Positions 18,501-28,204 of a stretch of 64,000 bases of DNA are shown piece after piece. The stretch comes from an uncultured Phascolarctobacterium sp. (GTDB taxonomy: Bacteria; Bacillota; Negativicutes; Acidaminococcales; Acidaminococcaceae): the NCBI GenBank assembly GCA_900547415.1, contig URGS01000004.1, positions 26,389-90,388 on the forward strand, written 5' to 3'. Position numbers and translations under genes: made by a program. The notes below the pieces were generated by a model, which was not told where the DNA came from, did no database searches, and worked only from the letters and a program-made list of their open reading frames with translations. Position 1 is the first letter of the stretch. Every line of letters begins with the position of its first letter.

Positions 18501-19727
18501 TTATTTAAGCAGGCTACTAATTTCAGGTAATGGCTCAACAGTACGCTTTAAAATGCCATTCATATAGGCAATGGCTATACCATAATTGGTAATAGGTATG
18601 TTTTGCTGAACTGCACTGCTGTAGCGATGCTGTATTTCACGCTCATTTAACATGCAGGCGCCGCAGTGGATAATGAGCTTATAGCTGCCTAAATCTGCAG
18701 GAAATTCTGTGCCGCTGGTAAATTCAAAAATAGGCTCTGACTTAGTGTAGCTGCGAATCCAGGCGGGAAGCTTTACTGTTCCAATATCACCGCATTGACG
18801 GTGGTGTGTGCAGCCTTCACTAATAAGGATTTTATCTCCGTTTGTGATATTGTCCAAGTGACGTACGCCATGAACAGCATCATAAAGGTTACCTTTATAG
18901 CGTGCCATTAGGATTGAAAAGGATGTCAAGGGTATGTCTGGTGATAGCATTTTATTAACCTTGCCAAAAACTTGACTATCTGTAATAACAAGGCGCGGGG
19001 GAGAGCAGAGCTTGCCTAGTGCATCCTGAAGCTCTGTTTCTCTAGTTACGATTGCAATAGCACCCTTATCAATAATATTTCGTAGTATCTGTTGTTGTGG
19101 CAGAATAAGGCGTCCCTTAGGTGCAGCACTGTCTATGGGAGTAACCATTACTACAACATCTCCAGGGACAAGAATATCGTTTACTAAAGGATTTTCTTTA
19201 TTCTTGGGGGCAAGAGCCGCAATGGCCTCCTTAAGCTCATGAATATTAGTATTATTTGCTGCACTGATAAAAAAGCACTTATTAGTAAGCTTTAGGGCAG
19301 ACGCTGTCAAAAGTGCCTGCTCCATTTCTTCTAGCAGCTCCTTTTTGTTAAATACTAATAGGGAAGGAATTTTCTTGCTTTGGATATGCTGCCATAGTTG
19401 AATATCTTCAGCACACAGTCCTGATTTGCTGTCTACTACAAGGAGTGCAATATCTGTTTTATTTAGAACCTGGTAGGCCTTGCTTACACGAAGCTGACCT
19501 AATTCACCTTCGTCATCAATGCCGGGAGTATCAATCATCATTACAGGTCCTAAGGGTAAGAGCTCCATGGCTTTATGGACTGGGTCAGTAGTAGTTCCCT
19601 TGCAGTCACTCACAATCGCAAGGCTTTGACTGGCCAGTGCGTTTATCAGGCTGGATTTGCCTGCATTGCGACGGCCAAAGATGCCTATATGGATGCGTTC
19701 TCCTGATGGGGTGGAGTTAAGGCTCAT
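18501..19727 (-). CDS. hydF: [FeFe]-hydrogenase maturation GTPase HydF
   Basis: Start placed at ATG 19727 (MSLNSTPSGERIHIGIFGRRNAGKSSLINAL) preceded by AAGGAGG; GTPase motifs; C-terminal FeS ligands EGCTHH and HCGAC. Confidence 0.85.
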   Translation of the reverse strand: MSLNSTPSGERIHIGIFGRRNAGKSSLINALASQSLAIVSDCKGTTTDPVHKAMELLPLGPVMMIDTPGIDDEGELGQLRVSKAYQVLNKTDIALLVVDSKSGLCAEDIQLWQHIQSKKIPSLLVFNKKELLEEMEQALLTASALKLTNKCFFISAANNTNIHELKEAIAALAPKNKENPLVNDILVPGDVVVMVTPIDSAAPKGRLILPQQQILRNIIDKGAIAIVTRETELQDALGKLCSPPRLVITDSQVFGKVNKMLSPDIPLTSFSILMARYKGNLYDAVHGVRHLDNITNGDKILISEGCTHHRQCGDIGTVKLPAWIRSYTKSEPIFEFTSGTEFPADLGSYKLIIHCGACMLNEREIQHRYSSAVQQNIPITNYGIAIAYMNGILKRTVEPLPEISSLLK

Positions 19728-19793
19728 TATATAAATAACCTCCTTAAATAATTTGGCCAAAAAAAGCACTGCCCTAGAGCAGTGCTTTTGAAA

Positions 19794-20861
19794 TTACTCA
19801 ACAAGTTCCAGACGAGGATTGGGGTTGTAGCGGCGGCCTGCCTTAGCGCAGTCCTTGCCATCAACTTTAACGATATCAGCAGTAAAGTTAATATTGCCGT
19901 CAAAGAAGCTGGAGCCAACAGCATAGGTATCAACAGGAACACCCATTTCTTCAAAGGCTGCTACACGAGCCGCATCAAAACCGCCGGAAACGATGATTTT
20001 AACATGGTTGAAGCCCTCTGCATCCAAAGCCTTACGCACATTGCAGACCAGCTCTTTGCAGACACCAGTAGGCTTAAAGGTACCGATTTGAGTCCACAGG
20101 CTCTTGTCGACCATGCTGCCGGATGTATCAAGGCGTACACCAACCAGCTTTTTGCCAAGTTTGCGAGCAACAGCGAGGGAGGTGTTTACACAGTCGTTAT
20201 CAAAGTCAACCAGAGCAATACGTGCAATACTGGGATCAACATATTTATCAAAGGCTGCAGTTGCTGCAACAGTATCACCATTATATGCTGCAATGAGAGC
20301 GTGAGGAATGGTGCCTAAACCTTTACCACCACAGGCTTTAGCATTAGCATCGGTGGAGAAGCCGCTTAAGCCGCCAATTTTAGCCGCATAGCCATCGGAT
20401 TCCTGGGTTTGATAAATGTCATAGCGAGCAGGGAAGAAAAGTACGGGTTTGCCGTTAGCTGCCTTAACAACTTTACGTACATTGGTAGCAATGCGGCTTT
20501 GACGAGCCAAAGCACCAAGATACAGAGTTTCAAGGTGAGCAAAGTCAGCATAATCGCCTTCAATGGTCATAACTGTTTCCCATTCTTCAACTTCGTCACC
20601 ATCATGAAGTGCATGAATAATGAGATTTTCAGGATTAAAGGAGCATTTTTTCAGCAGAGCAATTGTTTCATCAATGCCGCAGAGAACCACGTTGGCACGG
20701 GGGAAAATTTGCATTAATACGCGGGGATGATGATTATCGCCATTTAAGATTTCCTCAGAACGGAGGAAATACGCATCAGTGTAATAACCAGCCTTAATTT
20801 TATCTACAGGAAAGCCAAAGCTTTCAACAGGTAAACGATTTGCCATCTTCAGAGCCTCCAA
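19794..20861 (-). CDS. pncB: Nicotinate phosphoribosyltransferase family protein (short type II PRTase)
   Basis: 355 aa; N-terminal YYTDAYF-type motif and overall type II phosphoribosyltransferase pattern; shorter than Bacillus PncB so subfamily uncertain. Confidence 0.6.
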   Translation of the reverse strand: MEALKMANRLPVESFGFPVDKIKAGYYTDAYFLRSEEILNGDNHHPRVLMQIFPRANVVLCGIDETIALLKKCSFNPENLIIHALHDGDEVEEWETVMTIEGDYADFAHLETLYLGALARQSRIATNVRKVVKAANGKPVLFFPARYDIYQTQESDGYAAKIGGLSGFSTDANAKACGGKGLGTIPHALIAAYNGDTVAATAAFDKYVDPSIARIALVDFDNDCVNTSLAVARKLGKKLVGVRLDTSGSMVDKSLWTQIGTFKPTGVCKELVCNVRKALDAEGFNHVKIIVSGGFDAARVAAFEEMGVPVDTYAVGSSFFDGNINFTADIVKVDGKDCAKAGRRYNPNPRLELVE

Positions 20862-20970
20862 TTTTTATTTGTTACAGAGATTTCTCTGTTGAATATATTA
20901 AAAATATGATACAATATTAGCGTTTATTATTCAAGTTATTTCAGTAAAATTTATTAAGGTTGATATTATT

Positions 20971-22053
20971 ATGAAGAAAAAATACACTGTCCTGCTGCTG
21001 TCAGCTCCTATTGGCTCAGGTCATAAACTGGCTGCAGAGGCTCTTGAACAGGTTTTTAGCCAGCAGCCAGATATTAATGTGATCCATGGCAATGTTTTTG
21101 ATTTTTTTCCAAAATTCATAGGCAATACATTCCTGAGCTGCTATCTTAAAATTTTAGAGCTTTGTCCTTGGCTATACGAACTGGCCTATAAATGGGGAAA
21201 TAGGGAAAACGGCTCTCTTTGGCTTAGAACTATCTTAAATAGGGTTTTGGCAAGGCTTGCTAAATCTTATTTAGAGGAGGTTAAACCTGATGCTGTTGTG
21301 GCGACCCATGCTACGCCTGCAGGAATCATTAGCATTTATAAGGAGCAGCATCCTGATTTGTGGCTGGGTGCGGTAGTTACGGACTTTACAGTTCATCGCT
21401 GGTGGTTAGTAGATGGTGTCAATACTTACTTTATTGGCAGTGAGCTGCTGCGTAAAAAAATAAAATGTGATGCAGAAATTTTGGCATACGGTATTCCGGT
21501 TCGTCAGCAGTATCTGCATCTTGATAAGTCAAAATGCAGGGATGCCTTTGGCTGGGACGATGAGCAGCAGGTTTGTCTTTTAATGGGTGGTGGTGAAGGA
21601 CTGCTTCCTATGGAAGAAATTGTGGAACAGCTGCAGTTAAAAATGCCTCAGCTTAGACTTTTAGCGATTACCGGCCGCAACGAAAAGCTGGCACAACGAC
21701 TTGTTGAGCGCTATGGCAGCTCTTTAGAGGTATATGGCTTTCGAGAGGATGTGCCCCAGCTGATGGCTGCAGCTGATATGATTATAACTAAGGCTGGCGG
21801 TCTTACTGCGGCGGAGGTAATGGTAAGCGATTTGCAGTTTTTGATATATAAGCCGCTGCCTGGTCAGGAGGCTGGTAATGCTGCATTTCTTCATCGTCAC
21901 TGTCACGCCTATGTTGCTCATAATTTAGAGCAGTTGGTAGACGGCGTAATCAATATGAGTCGTGACAGCTCAGTACCGCATCAATTTTATGGACGTCCTA
22001 ATGCAGCAGAAGATATTTGTGCATATGTTATGAAAAAGCTGCCTTCCGAATAG
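20971..22053 (+). CDS. MGDG synthase-like glycosyltransferase (UgtP-type diacylglycerol glycosyltransferase, GT28)
   Basis: 360 aa; N-terminal LLSAPIGSGHKLAAEAL motif typical of MGDG_synth/UgtP family. Confidence 0.7.
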   Translation: MKKKYTVLLLSAPIGSGHKLAAEALEQVFSQQPDINVIHGNVFDFFPKFIGNTFLSCYLKILELCPWLYELAYKWGNRENGSLWLRTILNRVLARLAKSYLEEVKPDAVVATHATPAGIISIYKEQHPDLWLGAVVTDFTVHRWWLVDGVNTYFIGSELLRKKIKCDAEILAYGIPVRQQYLHLDKSKCRDAFGWDDEQQVCLLMGGGEGLLPMEEIVEQLQLKMPQLRLLAITGRNEKLAQRLVERYGSSLEVYGFREDVPQLMAAADMIITKAGGLTAAEVMVSDLQFLIYKPLPGQEAGNAAFLHRHCHAYVAHNLEQLVDGVINMSRDSSVPHQFYGRPNAAEDICAYVMKKLPSE

Positions 22054-22095
22054 ATTTTTCCAGGCTGTAAAGATAGCTATGAAGGCTTGAAAATG

Positions 22096-22121
22096 AGGCT
22101 CTCTATGGAGAGCCTTTTTTG
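22096..22121 (+). terminator. Intrinsic terminator after ugtP-like gene
   Basis: AGGCTCTC-tatg-GAGAGCCT followed by TTTTTT. Confidence 0.8.
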
Positions 22122-22140
22122 TTTGTAAAATTTGCAACAC

Positions 22141-22169
22141 TTGACTATTGACTGGTTCATAACTATAAT
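22141..22169 (+). promoter_or_regulatory. Putative sigma-70 promoter of dprA-topA-trmFO (TTGACT -17- TATAAT)
   Basis: TTGACT 22141-22146, 17-nt spacer, TATAAT 22164-22169. Confidence 0.5.
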
Positions 22170-22252
22170 GGTAGAAAAAATATAAATATTATGACGGCTG
22201 TGGCGAGAAGTTGGCTCTGACTGCATAATAACAAGAGGAGTGACTTTTTGTG

Positions 22253-23425
22253 ATGAAGGATGTATTTTATCTTGCTGCTGTTTGCGCTGTAGTTCCTGGT
22301 CTTGGAAGAGCCAAGCTTCCGGTTCTTATTGCTAGACTTGGCAGTGCAGAGGCTGTCTTTAAGGCGTCTGCAGAAGAGCTTGAATCTCAGGGAATTTTAA
22401 AGCCATCTCAGATTAGTAATTTTATTGCTAATAGAAGGGATGATCTGCCTGAGCGTATTGAGAGTTTTTGCAGCAGGCAGAATGTGACACTGTTATCAAT
22501 TTATGATGATGACTATCCATACAGCCTGAAGAATATTAGTGACCCGCCTTTAATATTATACATCAAGGGTACTATGCCTAAGGACTTCTGCGGTATAGCT
22601 ATTGTAGGCTCTAGAAGGGCGACCTCCTATGGTCTAAAAGCGGCAGGAGTTTTTTCAGGAGCTTTGAGCAGAGAAGGCCTTACTATTATTAGTGGTGGAG
22701 CCAGAGGCATAGATACAGCCGCTCACGAGGCCTGCCTATATGCAGGCGGTAAAACCATAGCTGTCTTAGGTTGTGGTCTGGATATAGTTTATCCACCTGA
22801 AAATGCAGAGCTTTTTAAGAATATTTGCAGGCAGGGAGCTGTTATTTCTGAATATGCTCCTGGAACTAAGCCATTGCCTAATAATTTCCCGGCACGCAAT
22901 AGAATTATTGTAGGCCTGTCTTCTGCAGTTATTGTTGCTGAGGCTGCTCGTAAAAGCGGTGCTATTATTACTGCTAATATTGCGGCAGATGAAGGCAGGG
23001 ATGTTTACTGTGTTCCAGGTAATATTTTTGATGGCACCAGCATTGGCTGCCACGACCTGATTCGCAATGGAGCTAAGCTTGTGGATTCCCCTGAGGATGC
23101 ATTGGAAGATGCAGCTAGCTGGAGAAATTTGCTGAAGCATGACATTCATCAGCAGGATTTATTTGAGATGGCTTTAATAGAGTCTGATATATCAAAGGAA
23201 GAAAAGAGAGAAGAAAAACCAAAGCAGCTGAAAAAGGCCCTTCCAGACAGCGTATCACCCCTTGGAAAAAAGCTGTGGGAGTTGCTTGGGCAGGGAGCTC
23301 TTTCGTTGGAGGAGCTTACTGAGCAAAGCGGTACGGACTTTACGGCTGTTAGTATAGAGCTGTTGGATTTACAGGTAGCGGGTCTGGTTGGAGTTAATCA
23401 GGCACAGCGTTACCATCGCAGCTAG
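22253..23425 (+). CDS. dprA: DNA processing protein DprA (Smf)
   Basis: GARGIDTAAHEACL Rossmann motif, C-terminal winged helix; ATG 22253 after GTG, RBS AGAGGAG. Confidence 0.9.
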   Translation: MKDVFYLAAVCAVVPGLGRAKLPVLIARLGSAEAVFKASAEELESQGILKPSQISNFIANRRDDLPERIESFCSRQNVTLLSIYDDDYPYSLKNISDPPLILYIKGTMPKDFCGIAIVGSRRATSYGLKAAGVFSGALSREGLTIISGGARGIDTAAHEACLYAGGKTIAVLGCGLDIVYPPENAELFKNICRQGAVISEYAPGTKPLPNNFPARNRIIVGLSSAVIVAEAARKSGAIITANIAADEGRDVYCVPGNIFDGTSIGCHDLIRNGAKLVDSPEDALEDAASWRNLLKHDIHQQDLFEMALIESDISKEEKREEKPKQLKKALPDSVSPLGKKLWELLGQGALSLEELTEQSGTDFTAVSIELLDLQVAGLVGVNQAQRYHRS

Positions 23426-23436
23426 GAGGAGAACGG

Positions 23437-25725
23437 ATGACTAAAAATTTGGTAATAGTGGAGTCTCCCACGAAATCCAAAACCATAGAGAAGTTTTTAG
23501 GCAAGACCTTTACTGTAAAGGCTTCTATGGGCCATTTGCGTGATTTGCCAAAAAGCACCTTTGGTGTGGATGTAGAAAATGATTTTGAGCCTAAATACAT
23601 TAATATTCGCGGTAAAGGTGATTTAATTAAAGAACTGAAGGCTTTGGCTAAAAAGTCAGACAAAGTCTATCTGGCAACTGACCCTGACCGCGAGGGTGAG
23701 GCAATTAGCTGGCATTTAGCCAATATTCTGGGCTTGGACCAGGATAAAAATTGTCGTATAGAGTTTCATGAAATCACTAGTACTGCTGTTAAGGATGCTA
23801 TTAAGCACCCTCGTACCATCGACATGAATATGGTTGATGCTCAGCAGGCACGACGTATTATCGACCGCATTGTAGGTTACAAGATTAGTCCTATGCTGTG
23901 GCCTCTGCGTAAGGGTCTCAGTGCTGGTCGTGTTCAGTCTGTAGCCGTAAAAATCGTTGCGGACCGTGATAAGGAAATCCAGGAATTTGTACCGCAGGAG
24001 TATTGGACATTAAGTGCCAAGCTGAGAGAAAATTCCAAAGCACCAATATTTGAGGCTGATGCTGTCAAATACAAGGGCAAAAAACTGGAAATGCACACTG
24101 CAGAGGAGGCCCACGCTGCTGAGGCTGCTTTGGCAGGCGCTGAATATATTGTAGGTGAATCTACTAAAAAGGAACGTAGGCGTCATGCTGTACCGCCCTT
24201 TACCACATCTAGCATGCAGCAGGAGGCCAATAAAAAACTGGGTTTCTCTGCCAAAAAGACTATGATGGTAGCGCAGCAGCTTTATGAAGGCGTTAATGTT
24301 GGTAAAGCTACTGTAGGTCTTATAACCTATATGAGAACTGACTCTGTTCGTTTAGCAGATGTTGCTATTCAGGAGATTCGAGAATATATTGAAACAAAAT
24401 TGGGCGTAGCATTTCGCCCGGAAAAGCCTAATTACTTTAGCAGCAAGAAGAACGCACAGGATGCCCATGAGGCTATTCGTCCTACCAGCGTTATGCGTAC
24501 ACCTGAAGAAATGATGGCTTATCTTAATCGTGACCAGCTGCGTTTGTATACTCTCATATGGAATCGTGCTGTTGCTAGCCAAATGAGTGATGCTGTTTAT
24601 GATGTAACTACCTTGTTGATTAACGCAGGTGACTACCAGCTTCGCTCTAGCGGCTCAATTTTGAAGTTCCCTGGCTTTTTGCAGCTGACTGCAAAATCCA
24701 TGGATGACGAAGAAAAGGATAAGCAGGTGCCTTATTTGGAAGCAGGTAGTAAGCTTCTGCTGCACAAGCTGCTGCCAGCTGAGCAGCACTTTACTGAACC
24801 GCCTGCTCACTTTACAGAGGCATCTCTTGTTAAGGAGCTGGAGGAAAAGGGAATTGGTCGTCCTTCTACCTATGCTACTGTTATTCAAACCATTCAGGAT
24901 CGTGGCTATGTAGCTAAGGAGCAAAAGAAGCTGCTTATCACTGAGCTTGGCGTAAAGGTAAACGGTTGGCTGACTGAAAACTATTCCCGTCTTATTGATA
25001 TTCCCTATACTGCAGCAATGGAGTCTCAGCTTGATGAAATTGCCGAGCATAAGGTTGATAAAAAAGATATTATTCGTGATATTTACACCTATCTCGAGGA
25101 TGTAAAACCTAATCCTCTGCCTCCTGCGCCGCCACCGCCGCCGTCTGGAATTTTCTGTGAGAAGTGTGGCCGTGAAATGGTTATTAAGGACGGGCGCTTT
25201 GGCAAATTCCTGGCATGTCCAGGTTTCCCGGACTGCCGCAATGCTAAGCCCATTTTGAAGAAGATTGGTGTAGCTTGTCCTATTTGCGGCGCTGATATTG
25301 TAGAGCGTAAAAGTAAAAGCAGAAAAACCTTCTATGGTTGTGAAAAATATCCTGAATGTGGCTTTGTAAGCTGGGATAAGCCTTTGGCGGAAAAATGTCC
25401 TGACTGCGGGTCTCTTATGAGTGAACATGTGGAGCGCAATGGTCGTAAGGTGAGGTTCTGTCTGAATCCGGAGTGCAAAAATGCTCGTCCTGTGCGTGTT
25501 TCCAAGGCTACAGCAGAGGAAACTGCTGAAGTAAAAGCTGCTGCTAAAAAGACAAGCACTAAAGCTGCTCCTAAAAAAACTACTGCCAAAACAGCAGTTA
25601 AGGCTTCTGCTAAAAAGGCAGCAGCTAAAACTACTATTAAAAAGACTGCAGCCAAGAAGACTACAGCTAAAAAGACAGCAGCAACCAAATCTGCTCGTAC
25701 TAAAAAGACAGAAGCAAAAGAATAA
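23437..25725 (+). CDS. topA: DNA topoisomerase I with Zn-ribbon domains and lysine/alanine-rich C-terminal tail
   Basis: 762 aa; Toprim LVIVESPTKSKTI, catalytic region, C4 zinc ribbons (CEKCGREM..., CPICGADI..., CPDCGSLM...), tail of AKKT-type repeats. Confidence 0.95.
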   Translation: MTKNLVIVESPTKSKTIEKFLGKTFTVKASMGHLRDLPKSTFGVDVENDFEPKYINIRGKGDLIKELKALAKKSDKVYLATDPDREGEAISWHLANILGLDQDKNCRIEFHEITSTAVKDAIKHPRTIDMNMVDAQQARRIIDRIVGYKISPMLWPLRKGLSAGRVQSVAVKIVADRDKEIQEFVPQEYWTLSAKLRENSKAPIFEADAVKYKGKKLEMHTAEEAHAAEAALAGAEYIVGESTKKERRRHAVPPFTTSSMQQEANKKLGFSAKKTMMVAQQLYEGVNVGKATVGLITYMRTDSVRLADVAIQEIREYIETKLGVAFRPEKPNYFSSKKNAQDAHEAIRPTSVMRTPEEMMAYLNRDQLRLYTLIWNRAVASQMSDAVYDVTTLLINAGDYQLRSSGSILKFPGFLQLTAKSMDDEEKDKQVPYLEAGSKLLLHKLLPAEQHFTEPPAHFTEASLVKELEEKGIGRPSTYATVIQTIQDRGYVAKEQKKLLITELGVKVNGWLTENYSRLIDIPYTAAMESQLDEIAEHKVDKKDIIRDIYTYLEDVKPNPLPPAPPPPPSGIFCEKCGREMVIKDGRFGKFLACPGFPDCRNAKPILKKIGVACPICGADIVERKSKSRKTFYGCEKYPECGFVSWDKPLAEKCPDCGSLMSEHVERNGRKVRFCLNPECKNARPVRVSKATAEETAEVKAAAKKTSTKAAPKKTTAKTAVKASAKKAAAKTTIKKTAAKKTTAKKTAATKSARTKKTEAKE

Positions 25726-25749
25726 TTTACTAAAAGAATAGAGGTATAT

Positions 25750-27063
25750 ATGAAACCCATACATATTATTGGCGCTGGTTTGGCAGGCTGTGAGGCAGCT
25801 TGGCAGCTGGTAAAACGTGATATTCCTGTAATCCTGCACGAAATGCGTCCTGTTAAAAGCAGTGCTGCACATAAAACGGATTACTTTGCAGAGCTTGTTT
25901 GCAGCAACTCCCTGCGTGCTGCAAATGTAGAAAACGCAGTTGGTCTTCTGAAGGAGGAAATGCGTCATTTAGGCTCCCTGATTATGGCTAAGGCTGATGA
26001 GCATCAGGTTCCTGCAGGTGGAGCGTTAGCTGTTGACCGTGATGGCTTTGCCGCTGCTGTAACTGAGACTGTGAAAAATCATCCCTTGGTTACTGTTATT
26101 CATGAAGAGGTAACTGATTTAGAGAAGCTGGAAGGCATAGTAATTGTTGCCAGTGGTCCTTTGACATCAGAAGCTCTCTTTGCCAATATTAAGGAAATGC
26201 TCCATGAGGACTATTGTCATTTCTTCGATGCAGCGGCACCAATCGTAACTGCAGACTCCTTAGACTATGACAAGGTTTATCGTGCATCCCGCTATGATAA
26301 GGGTGGAGCAGACTACCTAAACTGCCCCTTCTACACAAAGGAAGAATATCTTGCCTTTTGGAATGAGCTGTGCAGTGCAGAAGGTGCTCCGGTAAAGGAT
26401 TTTGAGCATGATGTATTTGAAGCGTGCATGCCTATTGAGGAAATGGCATCCCGCGGTGAGGATACTATGCGTTTTGGTCCCTTAAAGCCTGTTGGGCTGG
26501 TCGATCCTAGAGTTGGCAAAGAGGCCTATGCAGTAGTACAGCTTCGTCAGGATAATGCTGCTGCTTCTTTGTACAATATTGTTGGCTTTCAGACTCATTT
26601 GAAATGGCCTGAGCAGCGTCGTGTGTTTGGCATGATTCCTGGCTTGGAAAAGGCTGAATTTGTCCGTTTTGGAGTAATGCATAAGAATACCTATTTAAAA
26701 TCTCCTCAGCTTTTAGATAAGCATTTCTGCCTAAGAAAAAATGAGCGCTTTTATTTTGCTGGTCAGATGACAGGTGTAGAGGGCTATGTAGAGTCTGCTG
26801 CATCAGGTCTGATGGCAGGTATTCATGCAGCACGTGCTGCCATGGAGCTGGCTGCTGTTGATTTTCCTGATGTGACTGCATTGGGATCTCTGGCAAATTA
26901 TATTAGCAATCCTGAGATTGAGGATTTCCAGCCTATGAATATTAATTTTGGCATAATTCCGCCTTTGGAAATTCGTATTCGCAAGAAACGCGAAAAGAAT
27001 GCTAAATTAGCTGAGCGCTCCCTAGAAGCACTTGGTAGCTTTATTTCCGCTAAGGAAATTTAA
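25750..27063 (+). CDS. trmFO: Methylenetetrahydrofolate--tRNA-(uracil54-C5)-methyltransferase TrmFO (Gid)
   Basis: 437 aa; N-terminal FAD motif [15 protein letters not shown]; topA-trmFO-xerC-codY synteny. Confidence 0.92.
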   Translation: MKPIHIIGAGLAGCEAAWQLVKRDIPVILHEMRPVKSSAAHKTDYFAELVCSNSLRAANVENAVGLLKEEMRHLGSLIMAKADEHQVPAGGALAVDRDGFAAAVTETVKNHPLVTVIHEEVTDLEKLEGIVIVASGPLTSEALFANIKEMLHEDYCHFFDAAAPIVTADSLDYDKVYRASRYDKGGADYLNCPFYTKEEYLAFWNELCSAEGAPVKDFEHDVFEACMPIEEMASRGEDTMRFGPLKPVGLVDPRVGKEAYAVVQLRQDNAAASLYNIVGFQTHLKWPEQRRVFGMIPGLEKAEFVRFGVMHKNTYLKSPQLLDKHFCLRKNERFYFAGQMTGVEGYVESAASGLMAGIHAARAAMELAAVDFPDVTALGSLANYISNPEIEDFQPMNINFGIIPPLEIRIRKKREKNAKLAERSLEALGSFISAKEI

Positions 27064-27148
27064 CAAATAAAAATATTACGAATTTCTTGACAATTTTTGT
27101 ATCTAGGGCTAAGATTATAGTGTAATTTTCATTATGCTGATTCAACGG

Positions 27149-27188
27149 AGAAGCAGTGCTGTTAAAGCACTGCTTCTTTCAGCTTTTT
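27149..27188 (+). terminator. Intrinsic terminator after trmFO
   Basis: AGAAGCAGTGCT-gttaa-AGCACTGCTTCT 12-bp stem followed by T-rich tract. Confidence 0.7.
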
Positions 27189-27275
27189 CAGATATATATA
27201 TAATATTAGAAAATTTTGAAATTTTACTTGCGAGTGAATTGCGTTTGTGATAATCTTTAATATAAGGAAATGTTT

Positions 27276-28181
27276 ATGAATGATATTCAAATAAGCCTCA
27301 CTGAAAAATTTTATAATTATCTCGCTGTAGAAAAGAATTCTTCGGAGCTTACTATTGCGAATTATCGCAGGGATATTAATCATTTCATCTCTTTTATAGA
27401 CCAGCGCTATCCTGAAGGCTGTCAATGGCGTCAGATAGGTCAGTTGGATATTCGTGCATACTTGGCTATGCTTAATGAAAAGGAATATGCCCGTCGCACA
27501 ATTGCACGTCATATTTCTGCCTTGCGTTCCTTTTACAAATATTTATTGAGAGAAAATCTTGTTGACTTTAGTCCTCTTGCTAAGGTTCGTTCTCCTAAGC
27601 TGGATAAGCCATTGCCTGTGTTTTTAGATGAATTAGAAATAACAGAGCTGCTGCAGCTGCCGGATGATACACCCTTGGGGAGAAGGGATGCTGCAGTCCT
27701 GGAGCTTTTATATGCAACAGGCTGTCGTGTTTCTGAATTGGTGGGGTTAACGTTGGAACGCATAGATTTGGGTAATCGCTTTGTACTTCTTTTGGGTAAG
27801 GGCAATAAGGAACGTCTTGTTCCTTTGGGAAGCACCTGCTGTGGAGTAATACAGGTATATTATGCTTATCGCAGGCAGCTTATGATTAAATACAAGCAGG
27901 AGCACGAATATGTTTTTGTTAACAGCCGTGGAGGAATTCTTACTGACAGAAGCGTACGCCGGGTTCTGGATAAATACATTTCCCAGCTGGCTATTCGCAA
28001 AAACGTCAGCCCCCATACTATCAGACACACTTTTGCCACCCATCTTTTAGAGCATGGTGCTGACTTAAGAGCTGTGCAGGAGCTTTTGGGGCACGCTAAT
28101 TTGTCAACTACACAGATATATACACATGTGACAACTGAGCGTATAGCTGCCGTTTACAGGAAAAATCATCCACGTGCCTAA
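27276..28181 (+). CDS. xerC: Tyrosine recombinase XerC (CodV-like)
   Basis: Start moved to ATG 27276 for RBS spacing; C-terminal R..HxxR..Y motifs (HTIRHTFATHLL, LLGHANLSTTQIYTHV). Confidence 0.88.
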   Translation: MNDIQISLTEKFYNYLAVEKNSSELTIANYRRDINHFISFIDQRYPEGCQWRQIGQLDIRAYLAMLNEKEYARRTIARHISALRSFYKYLLRENLVDFSPLAKVRSPKLDKPLPVFLDELEITELLQLPDDTPLGRRDAAVLELLYATGCRVSELVGLTLERIDLGNRFVLLLGKGNKERLVPLGSTCCGVIQVYYAYRRQLMIKYKQEHEYVFVNSRGGILTDRSVRRVLDKYISQLAIRKNVSPHTIRHTFATHLLEHGADLRAVQELLGHANLSTTQIYTHVTTERIAAVYRKNHPRA

Positions 28182-28204
28182 AACTTCTACTAGGAGGGGA
28201 CATT

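Noticed and set aside
19766-19786. Treating the GCACTGC...GCAGTGC hairpin as proof that hydF and pncB-like are separate transcripts
   Set aside because: The hairpin is short (7 bp) and lies only ~40 nt upstream of the hydF start codon. Read-through co-transcription cannot be excluded from sequence alone.
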